This document shows, in pieces, positions 1 to 13,727 of a DNA stretch of 64,000 nucleotides. Each line of letters begins with the position of its first letter. Position 1 is the stretch's first letter. The stretch is from contig NMRA01000474.1 of NCBI GenBank assembly GCA_002633005.1, forward strand, positions 186,001 to 250,000. Reading direction: 5' to 3'. The notes under the pieces are model-generated. The model made no database searches and was not told where the DNA came from. It was given only the letters and a program-made list of their open reading frames with translations. The position numbers and the translations under genes are program-made. The DNA is from Phoronis australis (Eukaryota; Animalia; Phoronida).

Positions 1-221
1 TGTGTGCGACCATCCAAAGGCAATTTACAGTAGAACAAGTGCTCATCTGGACAGAACTAATTGCAAAACAGAGCTACACTCCAAAATACCTCAGTGCCAT
101 GGCGATTAATTTATTATTCCTACACATCTGCCACACACTAATCTCGCTATTGTAGACTACTACCAATCCAAGAACATGTTTCTTTCTACAACCATTAAGT
201 CATTATTGCAGGTTGATATAA

Positions 222-740
222 TGGTGCTTGATTAGGTGACCTGCAACTTGCCAATGTGACTTCATAGTGTGTTTGGCGACCTGGGAATATCAAGTCGCCA
301 CAATCAGTTTCAAAGACACACAACAATTCACCCGAAATTTGTTTGAAAATTTGTGGTGATTTCAAAACTTTGAATCAGTAACATATTTCCTCATATAATA
401 ACTGCGATTCACAATTGTTCCGTTGATCTCATGAAACCAGTGCACTTGCCACCCTCACCAGTCACCACCCGTCAATCGTGTTTAAATTACAGAAGGAACT
501 AGAGACCGAAGTTGGAATTGTTCGACAAATGTCGGGCAAGGTCGGATCACGAAACTCATGCATTCTCCGTTGGTAGGAAAATTTGACTGCACAAAAAGTG
601 AATGATACACATAATCGGAATACTTGAGCTACCCCATATGCGTAATTTGTAACAAAGCTTCAACATCGATTTTGGTGACCTGGGATTTTCAGCAAGTCGC
701 ATTTGGCGAGTTGGTGTTCAGCTAAGTCTCATGCACAGCA
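222..740. mobile_element. Degenerate copy of a ~0.5-kb non-autonomous DNA transposon (MITE) family, also at 19279-19819 and ~24140-24736
   Basis: Shares the subterminal motifs TTTGGCGACCTG / GTCGCATTTGGCG and internal blocks with the two SLIMP-intron copies, in opposite orientation. Ends approximate. Confidence 0.6.
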
Positions 741-3700
741 TAACAACAACAAGAAGCTGGCTGAAGTAACTGATCACTTCCCTAGCTAAGCACGCATTCC
801 ACACCACCAGCTCATTGTACGAGAATATTCTGCAGCTTAACTAATAACCTCTTATGACTGGTGAATGTTAATCAGGTTTATATGTGCATAGTCATTATCA
901 ACACCAATAATTGTCACTAATTACTACATAAAACGCCTTCTTAAAAATAGCTTATGTCAGGTTGGCCTCGATGCATCAGTCACGGTGATGGTGGTTTCAG
1001 AGGCTAATTTATTCTATTCGGTGTTTTGATCTTCACCAGAGTATATTAAGTTTCTATACCCTGATCCAATTACCATTTTCACCCTTACTCTAAAATATAA
1101 AATCCTGTAGACACCAGCATACAAGCACCACACTTGATTGCACAACCCCATCACAACTACAAAGCCAAGGGCTTCGCGCTAGCACTTACACTTTCCGCAA
1201 AAGCTCACCAATTTAAGAAAAAAACAGGCAGAAAAGTGAAATTTCATTTTCTCATAAAAGATGCCCGGCACCAAATGAACGTTTTTGCAAGTTCAAATTC
1301 TGTATCACAGCTACGACCATACAATATCATGAAAATTTACAAGCCTAAGCAACAATGCTATAAGCCTTTGAAAAATGAAAAAGGCAATTTTGGTCGAGCT
1401 AACGTATACAAAAGCACATTTCCTTCATACAAGGACATCTTGTGGACACTTGATGTATGGTATATTAATCATTTAAATATCTCGCTGCACAACACTGATA
1501 ACTGGACATACGACAATCGTTGAGTTTATACAAGAAGCATTGAAATCCCACGCATAAACATTAGTGCACTGAACACCGAGGCACTCCATCCCCATCAAGA
1601 CACAAACTATATTTCTTTACGTATCAGCATACGTTATTTTTACCATAAGCACATTAACACGCGAACATTTTCGTTTCAATTCACCAGCAACGAATAGACA
1701 CTCTCAAATTTAGCGCAAAATATGGGGAAGAAACGCAATTTTTGTCTTTTTAGAAACAAAAATAAATATTTAGGTTTTTCATTAATATCGGCAATGTATT
1801 TAAATTAGTCAGTTTAAGAAAAAACTTGTGAAATATTTTAAGCATTTTAGCATTGTTTCAGTCCTTTAAACATGGAAATAGCATATTAAGCAATTTCTGA
1901 AGCTCAAAACTGAACAGACGATTATGCCCTAATTAGCTATCACTGAGATAAGGAATAACATAATGTTGTACTCGCAAACTAACAATTTCGGCTGGTAGTT
2001 TGTGTATGGGGGGTCAGATGTCACAAACAACTACAGCGAAAACTGTCTAATTTGGCAAAATAACAATAGCTCACAAAAGTCACAATGTTGGGATTTTCCA
2101 AATTTCAGGGCATGGCTAAACATATTCAGAACTTTACAAAATGTTGTTTGAGAACTTAGCACATTACCATTGTAAGAATCAAATAAAATGTTACTGAAGG
2201 TTAGTTTTGTGAAGAAATTTAATAAAATGAAATTCCATTTGTACCCCATAAAGTGTCCAAAAAGAGAAGAATTTTAGGCACTCCACCATGATAGCCTATG
2301 GACCCCATACAATGGACCTGACAGGGGTCACCAGAGTGCTAACTGACCTCTGCTGACCTGCCATTGATAAATCCATACAGTAAACAACATTGTTGCATAA
2401 CTTTCTCTACATGGAGTTGGTAATGTGAAGCAATGCTCAAGATACAAGTCAATGACCTGTGGTCTTGCTTGTGTGGATATGTGGCTGAAACCTGAACAAC
2501 AACCATAACAAGTAATGAACTAACAAACAGGGTTTGTGGTCCATGGTGGAATCAGTCCTCGCGGCCATGATAATCTGCACTAGATGGAGCACCCTCGTAG
2601 ACAAGCTATCCAGAAAACTGAAAGAATATCCACGATTTTTCAAACAACCAAAATAGTGCATAGCATGAACTCCATGGATTATCGGTCCTGTTTTCAAGCT
2701 AGCCTCGCATCGAGTTCACTACCTCGATAAAATCTAAAACATGGGAATTTTAAACGATTCCTTTCAGATTTTTTTAGGCTTCAACTCTTTGTTTTAGAAA
2801 GGTGCTGGAATGGTCCTTGAGAGAAGGTCCCACCCACCGTCTACAATCGGACAACACTGAAAAAACCACTGGTTTCAATAGCTTAAATCTACTGTATAAG
2901 AAGACTAAATAACAGACCAAAATGTCCTCTATGAAAGGACCAACAGAGTACAGTCATTTGCTTAATAAGGTCTATGATGGTACTCCTAATTTCCCCAGTT
3001 ACCGTTATTTACAGGCAACGGTCATTATGATGAAAGGAATCACAGGCACCCTGACATTCTCACATTCAGTACAACTAAAGCATCACATCTATCTCACCAA
3101 TTTATAGACTTAGAAATAATCAGCGAAACTGACTTCTTTCATTTTTCAAGGGCTTCTGTGAGTGACAGTTTTTCAAAACAATGTCCAATGGTACAGAACT
3201 AGACAATCACATGAAGCATTAATATTTGATGACCCCTATATTTTGGGAAAAATCCCATATAATAGTTCACTGGGTGTCTGTGCTCTAAACAGGCACAAAG
3301 GCACATTTCACAAAAAGTGGCTTACTAGAAAAAGGCTCAACTTTGAAATTGTGCGTCTTCACCTGCCACTTTTCTGTTGATGAATAAAACCTTCACCAAA
3401 GTAATTCTGAGCACATGACAGTTTGGCAATTAAGTTATAAACAACTTTTTAAGCAATTAGCAATCACGGGAATAGTCTCATATTTATTAAGACTGAAGAG
3501 AGTAGAAAGATATTTAAACCTATGATATTTTGGATATAGTCATATGAAGCATAAGACCAACTTTCTGGCTCGTACGGCTTTTACGGACAAAAAGTCACAT
3601 CTTGTGATTATTTTTGGTTGTAGTATATTTCTTGAAGTTTTGCTTTGGTCCAAACTCTGTAAAAACAAAATTCATGGTGTTCGTGTCACTTAATTACAAT

Positions 3701-6700
3701 GCTTAAAATATTTGTAGAGGGATATTCAGCTTTGCCAGCGTACGATTAGATTGCAACCGCGGGGTCGCAGGACTGACTCTAACGATATCAGTAAATCACT
3801 TTTCTTCCCCATGTCCCTAGTAACTTTTCGGGGGCAAAACAGGCCTCACCTGTTGGCATTCCTAATACACAGGACAGGATCGTGGTAGAACGGAGTTCAT
3901 TGATTGGTTCTACCCTCACTTCAATACCACCTGTTTGAAGTGGGTGATCTGGCTTGACCTAGCACTGCACAACTAAACAATTTATCACATAACTTTTGAG
4001 GTTATGTTCGACCTTATTAACAAGTATTTGTATTTAGCTAAATATCTATAAATCTATAAATCGATGAAAGTACGTATTTTCTGAAAGTCATTTTGTCCGG
4101 CTTCTATTACTGCACACAGTGCTTTTGTGCTTTAAATATGAATGATACAGCTATATATTCAACTGTTTGCTTTGAACTGTTAGTGAGCTATATGCAAACA
4201 TTGGCCCGCATTTCTTGGAAATTACTCGACAAACAACTGTGCAGACCCACCATGAGATAACCCAATTGGAGAGTTTGACTAGTTTCAAATATAAACAGTC
4301 AATTAATAAAGTATATTTGTTTTCTCATTAGAAGCTGAGTGAGCAGCATGAAACATATGGCCCGTTGCAGACCCCATACGGAAATGAAGAAAAATTATTC
4401 AAGATAAGACCATAGCGAGCAAAGTTTGTCATTTCTGAACAAGAATCTTGTTACCAGGAACTCAGGTCTAATGATGATGGTGTTGCACGATTTATTCTGA
4501 AAGGGTACCGGTACCGCTGTTATGATCTCGTAATAAGACAGAAAAAGTATTTTGGAAATTTTAAACTGCATATAAACTATTCTACATTTCTCTATCAGGA
4601 AGTAAGCTGAGATAACTTCTAATAACCTTCTTCAAACCTTTTGAAGAAGCAACGTGTGAAAATAACCATGCACTGTTCCACTGTACCTAGACCTTCTAAT
4701 TTAACATAAAAATGTTGTCCATTTTGTGCAAGTCCACATTCAAATCATAGATCTCTCCTCTAAGGTACCTATCCTCGCTGAGATAGGACAGACTAATTCT
4801 AAAACAAAACGTGTACCCTAGTTCCAGTTTTGCGACTTAAGACTCAGCCCATCAATCTAAATTTGCAAATCTCCCCCCATGGATAATATTTTGGTAATCA
4901 CTTGAGCAAAGACTAATGTATATTAATCCACCAGAAGAGAGGTTAGTAACATATGAGGGGGAAAAGTACTACCAAAACAGCATGTTCGCACATCTGTCTG
5001 GCTACAGCATATTTCGGCTACTTAAAAACTCCAGGTATTTTTACCAGCCATGTGAACTAAATACTAGGTGGTGCACATCACTCTGTGATGACAAGCAGGT
5101 TAATTTCTCCTGCCTCCCATTAGTACTTCAATCATGTCAACCACCATTATCTAGCAAAGCTGTAAAATACCAATGACGCCCTGACCAACGTTGACATTAC
5201 GGTAAAATTTTATCATTTTTACATGTATTTGTGCCAAGAACTTAAAAGAATGGGAGATTACATAGATTCACAAGTTTTTGAGTTCTAAAAAGAAACAAGC
5301 TCTACTCAACAGGAATTCAAATACAGTAAAAACTATACACCCGTCATCCGACCAACATTTAAATCTTGGCTTGGTAAATACATACAGCATGACTTCTTAT
5401 GGTATGAGAGGACTGCGTATCTCCTGTGCCTTGAATGACTAGAGAGTAGAGAACGGTGGTCTCACACTTGCGAGAACTTTTATCAAAAAAAATCCGCACG
5501 TTTGCACTACAGGAAAGTTACCGAACAACATTTGTTGATGTGCACTTCACGAGTGTATGATTAGCAGCATTTTTTTAACTATTCTACATGTTGGCACAAA
5601 AAATGTACGAATTTACAAGAGTTTCGAGCCTTTCAAAAATCACCACCTGGGCAAATGATATCAACTGGAATTAAGAAACAATTTTTAAACGAGTGTCCAT
5701 AAGTCTGAGGATGAATTGCTCATATACAGAGATTAACTACAAAGTATAGCATTCATTATCCACCTTTCAGTTCACAGTAAACATTCAGTCAAGTGTGTGC
5801 TGACCTGAGACAAATATTCATTTCCACTTTGTCGGTTATTTTTCATTAGATATCCATTACCAGGGAAGGCCAGGAGCTTTCAGAGGGACTTGGAACAGGG
5901 CCAAAAGAAACAACGCTCTTCCACAAAGTTCTAGAAGGCAGCATGCGGTCACACTTTTTGGTGTTTTTAATGACAATGGCAGAGAAGGGAACATTGTGCA
6001 ATGGAAGTTCTACTGCACACCTCAAGGTGGCGCTAACAAGGCGTATAGCTGAGGTAAAACAACACTTTATCAACACTTCATCATACGCAACATTACAGTC
6101 GTGATTGACACACAATGAAAAAAGATCAATTTGACAAATATTTTTGGGCGAAATAAGTAAAGAATTACCACACCCTGCAGCAGAAACAACATGCATTCAA
6201 TTCAGAACATAGCAAAACATCAATGTCGAACGACAGATCAAGTTTATTTTTGCGTACTGTGACCACAAATCACAAACAGGGTGTCAAAGGCCATTGCAAA
6301 TTTGTAAAAAAAAAACATCTTCAATATTTTCTCTGAATTTTACTATTTGACCACCTAACAAGAAAGCAATCCTACCTGAAGTTTCAGACACTAAACTTAA
6401 AGTTGGAAAATCAACCCTTAACTGATGTAAGCAGTGGACTCGGGTTCCTTTGGCACACACACACGCTAACACTAATTATTGGGTGCAAAAAATGGCGTAG
6501 GTGTTAGATCAACCCAATCTATCCAGACGATTGCCAAACCCCAACGATACAAAAATGTTGTTTCTAAACATCAATGCTCAGCTTAACACCCACCCATCAA
6601 ATTTTTTATGTTCCCCAAATTATGTGCCCAGGCTATTAACACATATACCGTATGTACAAGATTCATCTTGCTGGCATTTAACATATGTACGAATGCGCAC

Positions 6701-7697
6701 AATACTGAAACAAGGTTTAACACAGTGCTATCTCACAGGGGCTGGCTGAGGGGTGACACGTGACCCCAATACCCCAGTACTAGCAACAGGGGGTGGATGC
6801 ACCTATCCGCAATGAAGAGAACTTTATTAAACCAATGATGCCATTTTAATGAGCTAATTATGATTTTTTTGTTTATTTTTGCCACAATCTACAAAGGGGT
6901 TATTTAGACCTTCCCTTTCACACAAATTTGCCACTAAGATAACCAGCCAGCTAGCATCCAAACTATAGCTAGGGATCCATGCATGTCAACTTTACATGAC
7001 CATCAAAATTCCACACTGCCCAGGTTCAGTTGTGCTCATCGCCAGGTATTTTTAGCACCCCAAGCATAATTATTCGCTCACCTCCACTAAGAGTGTAGCT
7101 TTTAATGACGTTGATTTGTGCCAAATTTTACTCCACCAGTTTTTCCCAAATAATTCAAAAGCTTTATACTTATACAGTTTTGTACAAAGGCTTCCGCTAT
7201 ATGCGTGTGTGCAACTGGAATTACCTTCACTGTGGATTTTAACGTTTGTCAACTTGTTACTTCATACTATATATTGCCTGCATAGCCAGGGTATTATTAT
7301 GGCTCCCTGTGTGTTTCTTAAGTGACATTCAACTGCTATTCTTTTGAAAAATGCTTAAACTCAATCCAATCATAGCTGGTTACGTAACGAAATTAACTAA
7401 TTACTACCATGTTGAGAAATTACTGATTCTGATTTGTGGCACGATTGAACAAAATTGAGTCCGTCAGACTCAAACTTAAATACAACCTGTCTATTTTTGG
7501 GATTCTGGTTTTACAATGGAAGACTTTATATTGTAAGCATAAGCAATATAATGTATTTAGTTATTGCAATTAACTATGCTTTTGATTCCATGACGAGTTG
7601 ATAAACAACACAACGCTGCTGAAAAGAATCGGCTGTGACACACGCATTGAGACGAAAACAGCAAAATGATAAATATCACTTCGTCATTTGAGCTTAC

Positions 7698-7761
7698 CTG
7701 TTGTTATTGTTATTAGTGCAAACAACGTTGCAAGGCAAACAACATTCTTCATCACTTCCAT
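7698..7761 (-). CDS. Probable first coding exon (signal peptide) of an unidentified secreted or membrane protein; downstream exons not identified in the window
   Basis: Minus strand reads MEVMKNVVCLATLFALITITT(G): basic residue, hydrophobic core, small residues. It is followed by a perfect CAG|GTAAG donor in phase 1, typical of signal-peptide exons. A CpG-rich promoter-like region lies ~0.8 kb upstream. Confidence 0.5.
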
Positions 7762-8499
7762 AACGCCATCCAAAGTTATCCAACCATTCAACCGTGAACA
7801 ATTTACCAGGATGAAAACATCCGTTGACTTGCGCAGGTTCTGTGAATGGAACAATAACAATGAATAACAATTATCTACAAGACCAGCAGCATCCAATCCT
7901 ATATTCACTGTACTGTTGTGCAGGCGGGGAAAAATAGCCAAAATTGTGAAATCGGGTCAAAGAAGGTGCCGATCATAAAACTGTAGACAATATATTGATG
8001 GAACTGAACACTTAGCAACTCATAGACACTCTGCTAGACTATGTTGTCAACATGAACAAAGATGGCTCGGATTGATTTGACGATGTATCATGCAATGACC
8101 GTCCATATTGCTAACAAGGCTCCACATTCGCATTCCCGAGACTCCCTCGTTTTTGGCATTTACGATTTAGTAACATGCGTTAACAGACCAACAATCCAAG
8201 AAGACATTGAAAAAATGCGCAGTCAACGTCAGAACCGATGCCGACTTCCATGCAGTAACTAAACACTTAGGAAATTGAAATTACCAGGTAGTTGACCAGG
8301 ACAATTAATTTTTGGGCACTCGTCCAACAAAATCAACATGAACAGAACATGTTCGTCACTCGTCGTCCCTTCCCATCTCAAATGTTCTCCTTCCACGTCT
8401 CCTATTAAATCCGGTGACAGACGATATGATACTCCAAGTGTTCCGCAACCTTTCCTTAACAAAAATCGGGAAATACACCACTATACCTCGCTCAACAAC

Positions 8500-8660
8500 A
8501 CTAAAGTTTGACAGCGTGAAAGGCAGCGACCAAATCCAAATCGCGCATTCTGTTGTGATATCGTACTAGTTTATGCTTATAAGGACACGTGACGTCAAAG
8601 AAGGGGGTCACGGCGCGCCCCCTTTGGTTGATACAACAAAGATGATGTACAGCCGGAGGT
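8500..8660. promoter_or_regulatory. CpG-rich putative promoter with overlapping E-box/CRE (CACGTGACGTCA) and GGGTCACG motifs
   Basis: Motifs seen at ~8586-8612. A possible 5' UTR donor (GAG|GTATAG) lies on - at ~8496, upstream of the 7698-7761 exon. Confidence 0.4.
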
Positions 8661-9229
8661 TTTGATGATAGGAAGCTGTCGCAGGCTGCTCAGGGAAACA
8701 CAAAACATACCCAATTCAGACTAACAATGGTCTTTTAGCACTGCGCAGGGGGAAAGCCATTGAAAATCCAAGATACAAAATTAAAGGCAAGGAAAATACC
8801 ATTGATTAACCGAGAAATGTGCGTCTCATGTAATATTTTTAACCTGCGCCTATATTTGGAATTAGTCGAATGGAGTTTTACTTGAAACACTTCAATGATT
8901 AAACGAAAGAGCATTTTCGCGTGTGAATTAGCTTGTCAGATTCGTTCCAAAATGATTAATAGTGATGTCAGTGTTTTCAACATTTATTTTAACTAAAAAT
9001 TCTATGGATAACAAAGCCTGACCCGACCCAGCTCAAAGCTCGCTCATATTCAAGCCATAGTCGCTTGTCGCATTGACAAAACTGAATCCTATGCGCCTGC
9101 GCCTAAACCCAGCTTGTAACATACCCTTTGACAAAAAAAAATTGAAAAACGCATGAATTCAGGTAGGTGTGCTTGAGCGCATACATCCCCTTCCCCTATA
9201 AAATGTACGCTCATTGCAAACATTGAACT

Positions 9230-12200
9230 ACTTTAAAGCCGCAAAAATAACTTCCAATTCTAAGACTTTATTGTTGATTATCCTGCATGTTGATTTTTCC
9301 AACATTTTCGTTTGAATTTATGGATCCTGTTGTCATAGGTGTTGCAATCAGCATGGATGGCGCACCATAGTGTGCAGCGCCGCCCATGGTCTATCGGCGG
9401 TTCACCACTGAGGGGCTGGGGCTATGGCCCCCCACTTCTTTCAGTGCTGCATAAATAAAATGATTTTACTGAACTAGCAGTAATACTTCTTTGAATTAGG
9501 GCTTCAGCTCAAAATGAAGCCAGCTGGAGTGTCAGCGCTTGTTAGTCAAAAAATATGCTTCCTCATTTTCTATTATTGCAGACAGTCATTCGATCAGCTT
9601 TCCTTGTTTTAGGTCCCTGGTTTTAAGCATTGACTCGTTTATTGAAAAATACTAATGCAAGCGGACAAACGCCGCCACGACTTACTTGATGATAATCTTT
9701 TCTGCTATTGCCCGGTTCCCTGCCTCATTTAGAAATATAGGTTCGAGTTTACTTTTAGCGAATAAAGCAGACAGTTGAAGAATGATCTGTTTTCCGTATT
9801 TAGATCTTGGGGGTATGAGAAATAGCAGATAAGAATGTTACCCATGACACAAGGTCAAATGTACCTTTAGTCAGGCCTAATTGAAGGAATTATGTGTGGG
9901 ACTAGCGCAAATTCGCATTTCTCGGCTTAAGAATCGTCGCATGCAGGTCGCCATTGTCCTGATTGTCCCCAAATTTGTAAACTTACCAGGCCAAAATGTC
10001 ATTTTCTTACGATGCGCAAAATCACCGTAAGTGATTCGTAATTCGAAGGTCGAATGATGTTTAATTTTTAAAAATATTGAACGTGCATCACAATTTGCTG
10101 AGGCATCAATTTCTCACAAGATTAGCTTGCAATTGGCAACTAAAGAATGACACTTAAAAAAATTACCGAATTTCATAGATATCTGTTCAAACGTATAAAT
10201 CAGAAACCAACGAACCCTGGCAGATTACAAGAAAAAGCATCACAAAACATAAAGACACACGCAACGAGACTATTAAGTTGTTTCCAGGTCATTATTAGGT
10301 TACGTTGCAAGTATCTTCCACATTCTTGTCGTTTTTAAATAAGAAACTTAGGCGATTCCTGAAATCGGCATGCGGTGTATCTGAAGGGTACCAGGAAACG
10401 TTCTGGATAAGAGTATCATATCATGGTGATTTGGGGCCCCTCTCCCAAAAAAAATTAGAATCTACGCGTGCTAACGTGAAGTTCTGGTTTATTCCGCAGG
10501 CGTTCCGTAACGAGTAAAAACTGAGCTGCACTGATACGCCATAAAATGTAACAATTGTTACATTTTACGTCATCGTTACATTTTACGTTGCTAAGCCTCT
10601 CCTAAAATGTAACAAGTTGTTACATTTTACGTAGTTGTTACATTTCACGTCGAACGCACATGCGAGAAATGTACCATTGTTACATTTTACGAAACCCACG
10701 TCATATTGGACAGAAAATGACCAAAATCACGAACAAGTGGTATCTTACACGGCCGGGGAGTACTGGAGCATTTTTGGACGAGAGGTGCCGCACGAATACC
10801 TACCCGTTTAGAGAGTGGTCTCGGACAAAAAAGTGACCATTTAGAGCTAATTTGAGTAAAAATTCACTTTTTCGCACCCTTCTATTCTAGAAATTCAGGA
10901 AAAGCCCCTTTTAGACATAATTTGCCGAAAATGGCACCATTTTGGACAGTATATTTTATGTGAAAAAATACCCTTTTGGGCGGCACTTTCGTACACCTTT
11001 TCTGTAGGAATGCTCTCCGGGCTGACACCACTGGCCATCAATTTTTATTAGTATTACATCACTATTACTACTATCACTACTATTACTTGCTATCGTTATC
11101 GTTATTATTAATATTTAACACATACAGTGTTTAGCAAGGTGCTAATACATCATGGTCCTCAAAGATTTTAAAATCATCTCATTTATGGTTCAATGTTTTC
11201 ATCGGGCTTTCCATAGTGGACAGCGAGTGGTGTTCCAAAAACATTTTAAAGGGGTTCCTATGTTCAGCCTTAACGATGTTGCGAGGAACCTCTTGACAGC
11301 TGTGGATGCCGAGTAGACCTACTTTTTGGAAACGACGTGGTTGAGATTTAAAATCTTGTTTAGATGTGCACCAACTCCAAAATTGATTATTTCTGAACTA
11401 TCGTAAGCACTGTTGTTTGTAAATATAACTACATCCAGCTGTTGTTTGACACGAGGAACTGAATTGAAACCGCANACTTTAAAGCCACAACAATAACTTC
11501 CAATTCTAAGACTTTATTGTTAATTACCCTACCTGTTGATTTTTTCAACATTTTCGTTTGAATTTATGGATCCTGTTGCCATAGGTGTTGCAATCACCAT
11601 GGATGGCGCACCATAGTGTGCTGCGCCGCCCATGGTCTATCGGCGGNGGGGGGGGGGGGGGGGGGGGGGGTGGCTATGGCCCCCCACTTCTTTCAGTGCT
11701 GCATAAATAAAATGATTTTACTGAACTAGCAGTCACTTCTTTGAATTAGGGCTTCAGCTTAAAATGAAGCCAGCTGGAGTGTCAGCGTTTGTTAGTTAAA
11801 AACTAGGCTTCCTCATTTTCTATTATTGCAGTCATTCGATCAGCCTTGTTTTAGGTCCCTGGTTTTAAGCATTGACTCGTTTATTAAAAAATACTAATGC
11901 AAGCGGACAAACGCCGCCACGACTTACTTGATGATAATCTTTTCTACTATTGCCCGGTTCCCTGCCTCGTTTAGAAATATAGGTTCGAGTTTACTTTTGG
12001 CGAATAAAGCAGACAGTTGAAGAATGATCGGTTTTCCGAATTTAGATCTTGGGGGTATGAGAAATAGCAGATAAGAATGTTACCCATGACACTAGTTAAA
12101 ATAACAAGGTCAAATGTACTTATAGTCAGGCCTAATTGAAGGAATTATGTGTGGGACCAGCGCAAATTCGCATTTCTCGGCTTAAGAATCGTCGTATGCA

Positions 12201-13727
12201 GGTCGCCATTGTCCTGATTGTCCCAAATTTGTAAACTTACCAGGCCAAAATGTCATTTTCTTATGATGCGCAAAATCACCGTAAGTGATTCGTAATTCGA
12301 AGGTCAAATGATGTTTAATTTTTAAAAATATTGAACGTGCATCACAATTTGCTGAAGCATCAATTTCTCACAAGATTAGCTTGCAATTGGCAACTAAAGA
12401 ATGACACTTAAAAACATTACCGAATTTCATAGATATCTGTTCAAACGTATCAATCAGAAACCAACGAACCCTGGCAGATTACAAGAAAAAACATCACAAA
12501 ACATAAAGACACACGCAACGAGACTATTAAGTTGTTTCCAGGTCATTATTAGGTTACGTTGCAAGTATCTTCCACATTCTTGTCGTTTTTAAATAAGAAT
12601 CTTAGGCGATTCCTGAAATCGGCATGCGGTGTATCTGACGGGTACCAGGAAACGCTCTGGATAAGAGTATCATATCATGGTGATTTGGGGTCCCTCTCCC
12701 AAAAAAATTTAGAATCTACGCGTGCTAACGTGAAGTTCTGGTTTATTCCGCCGGCGTTCCGTAACGAGTAAAAACTGAGCTGCACTGTTACGCCATAAAT
12801 GTAACAATTGTTACATTTTACGTCATCGTTACATTTTACGTTGCTAAGCCTCTCCTAAAATGTAACAAGTTGTTACATTTTACGTAGTTGTTACATTTCA
12901 CGTCGAACGCACATGCGAGAAATGTACCATTGTTACATTTTACGAAACCCACGTCATATTGGACAGAAAATGACCAAAATCACGAACAAGTGGTATCTTA
13001 CACGGCCGGGGAGTACTGGAGCATTTTTGGACGAGAGGTGCCGCACGAATACCTACCCGTTTAGAGAGTGGTCTCGGACAAAAAAGTGACCATTTAGAGC
13101 TAATTTGAGTAAAAATTCACTTTTTCGCACCCTTCTATTCTAGAAATTCAGGAAAAGCCCCTTTTAGACATAATTTGCCGAAAATGGCACCATTTTGGAC
13201 AGTATATTTTATGTGAAAAAATACCCTTTTGGGCGGCACTTTCGTACACCTTTTCTGTAGGAATGCTCTCCGGGCTGACACCACTGGCCATCAATTTTTA
13301 TTAGTATTACATCACTATTACTACTATCACTACTATTACTTGCTATCGTTATCGTTATTATTAATATTTAACACATACAGTGTTTAGCAAGGTGCTAATA
13401 CATCATGGTCCTCAAAGATTTTAAAATCATCTCATTTATGGTTCAATGTTTTCATCGGGCTTTCCATAGTGGACAGCGAGTGGTGTTCCAAAAACATTTT
13501 AAAGGGGTTCCTATGTTCAGCCTTAACGATGTTGCGAGGAACCTCTTGACAGCTGTGGATGCCGAGTAGACCTACTTTTTGGAAACGACGTGGTTGAGAT
13601 TTAAAATCTTGTTTAGATGTGCACCAACTCCAAAATTGATTATTTCTGAACTATCGTAAGCACTGTTGTTTGTAAATATAACTACATCCAGCTGTTGTTT
13701 GACACGAGGAACTGAATTGAAACCGCA
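9230..13727 (+). repeat. ~2.25-kb direct tandem duplication (9230-11474 / 11476-13727)
   Basis: Both copies start ACTTTAAAGCC and end GAAACCGCA, with a single N at the junction (11475). The 5' parts differ by scattered SNPs and indels; the 3' ~0.9 kb appears identical. ORF pairs 10147/12401 and 10305/12559 are duplicated. Confidence 0.95.

Noticed and set aside
1134-7325. Short ORFs in the first 7 kb
   Set aside because: No recognisable motifs or consistent splice context; likely intronic or TE-derived sequence.
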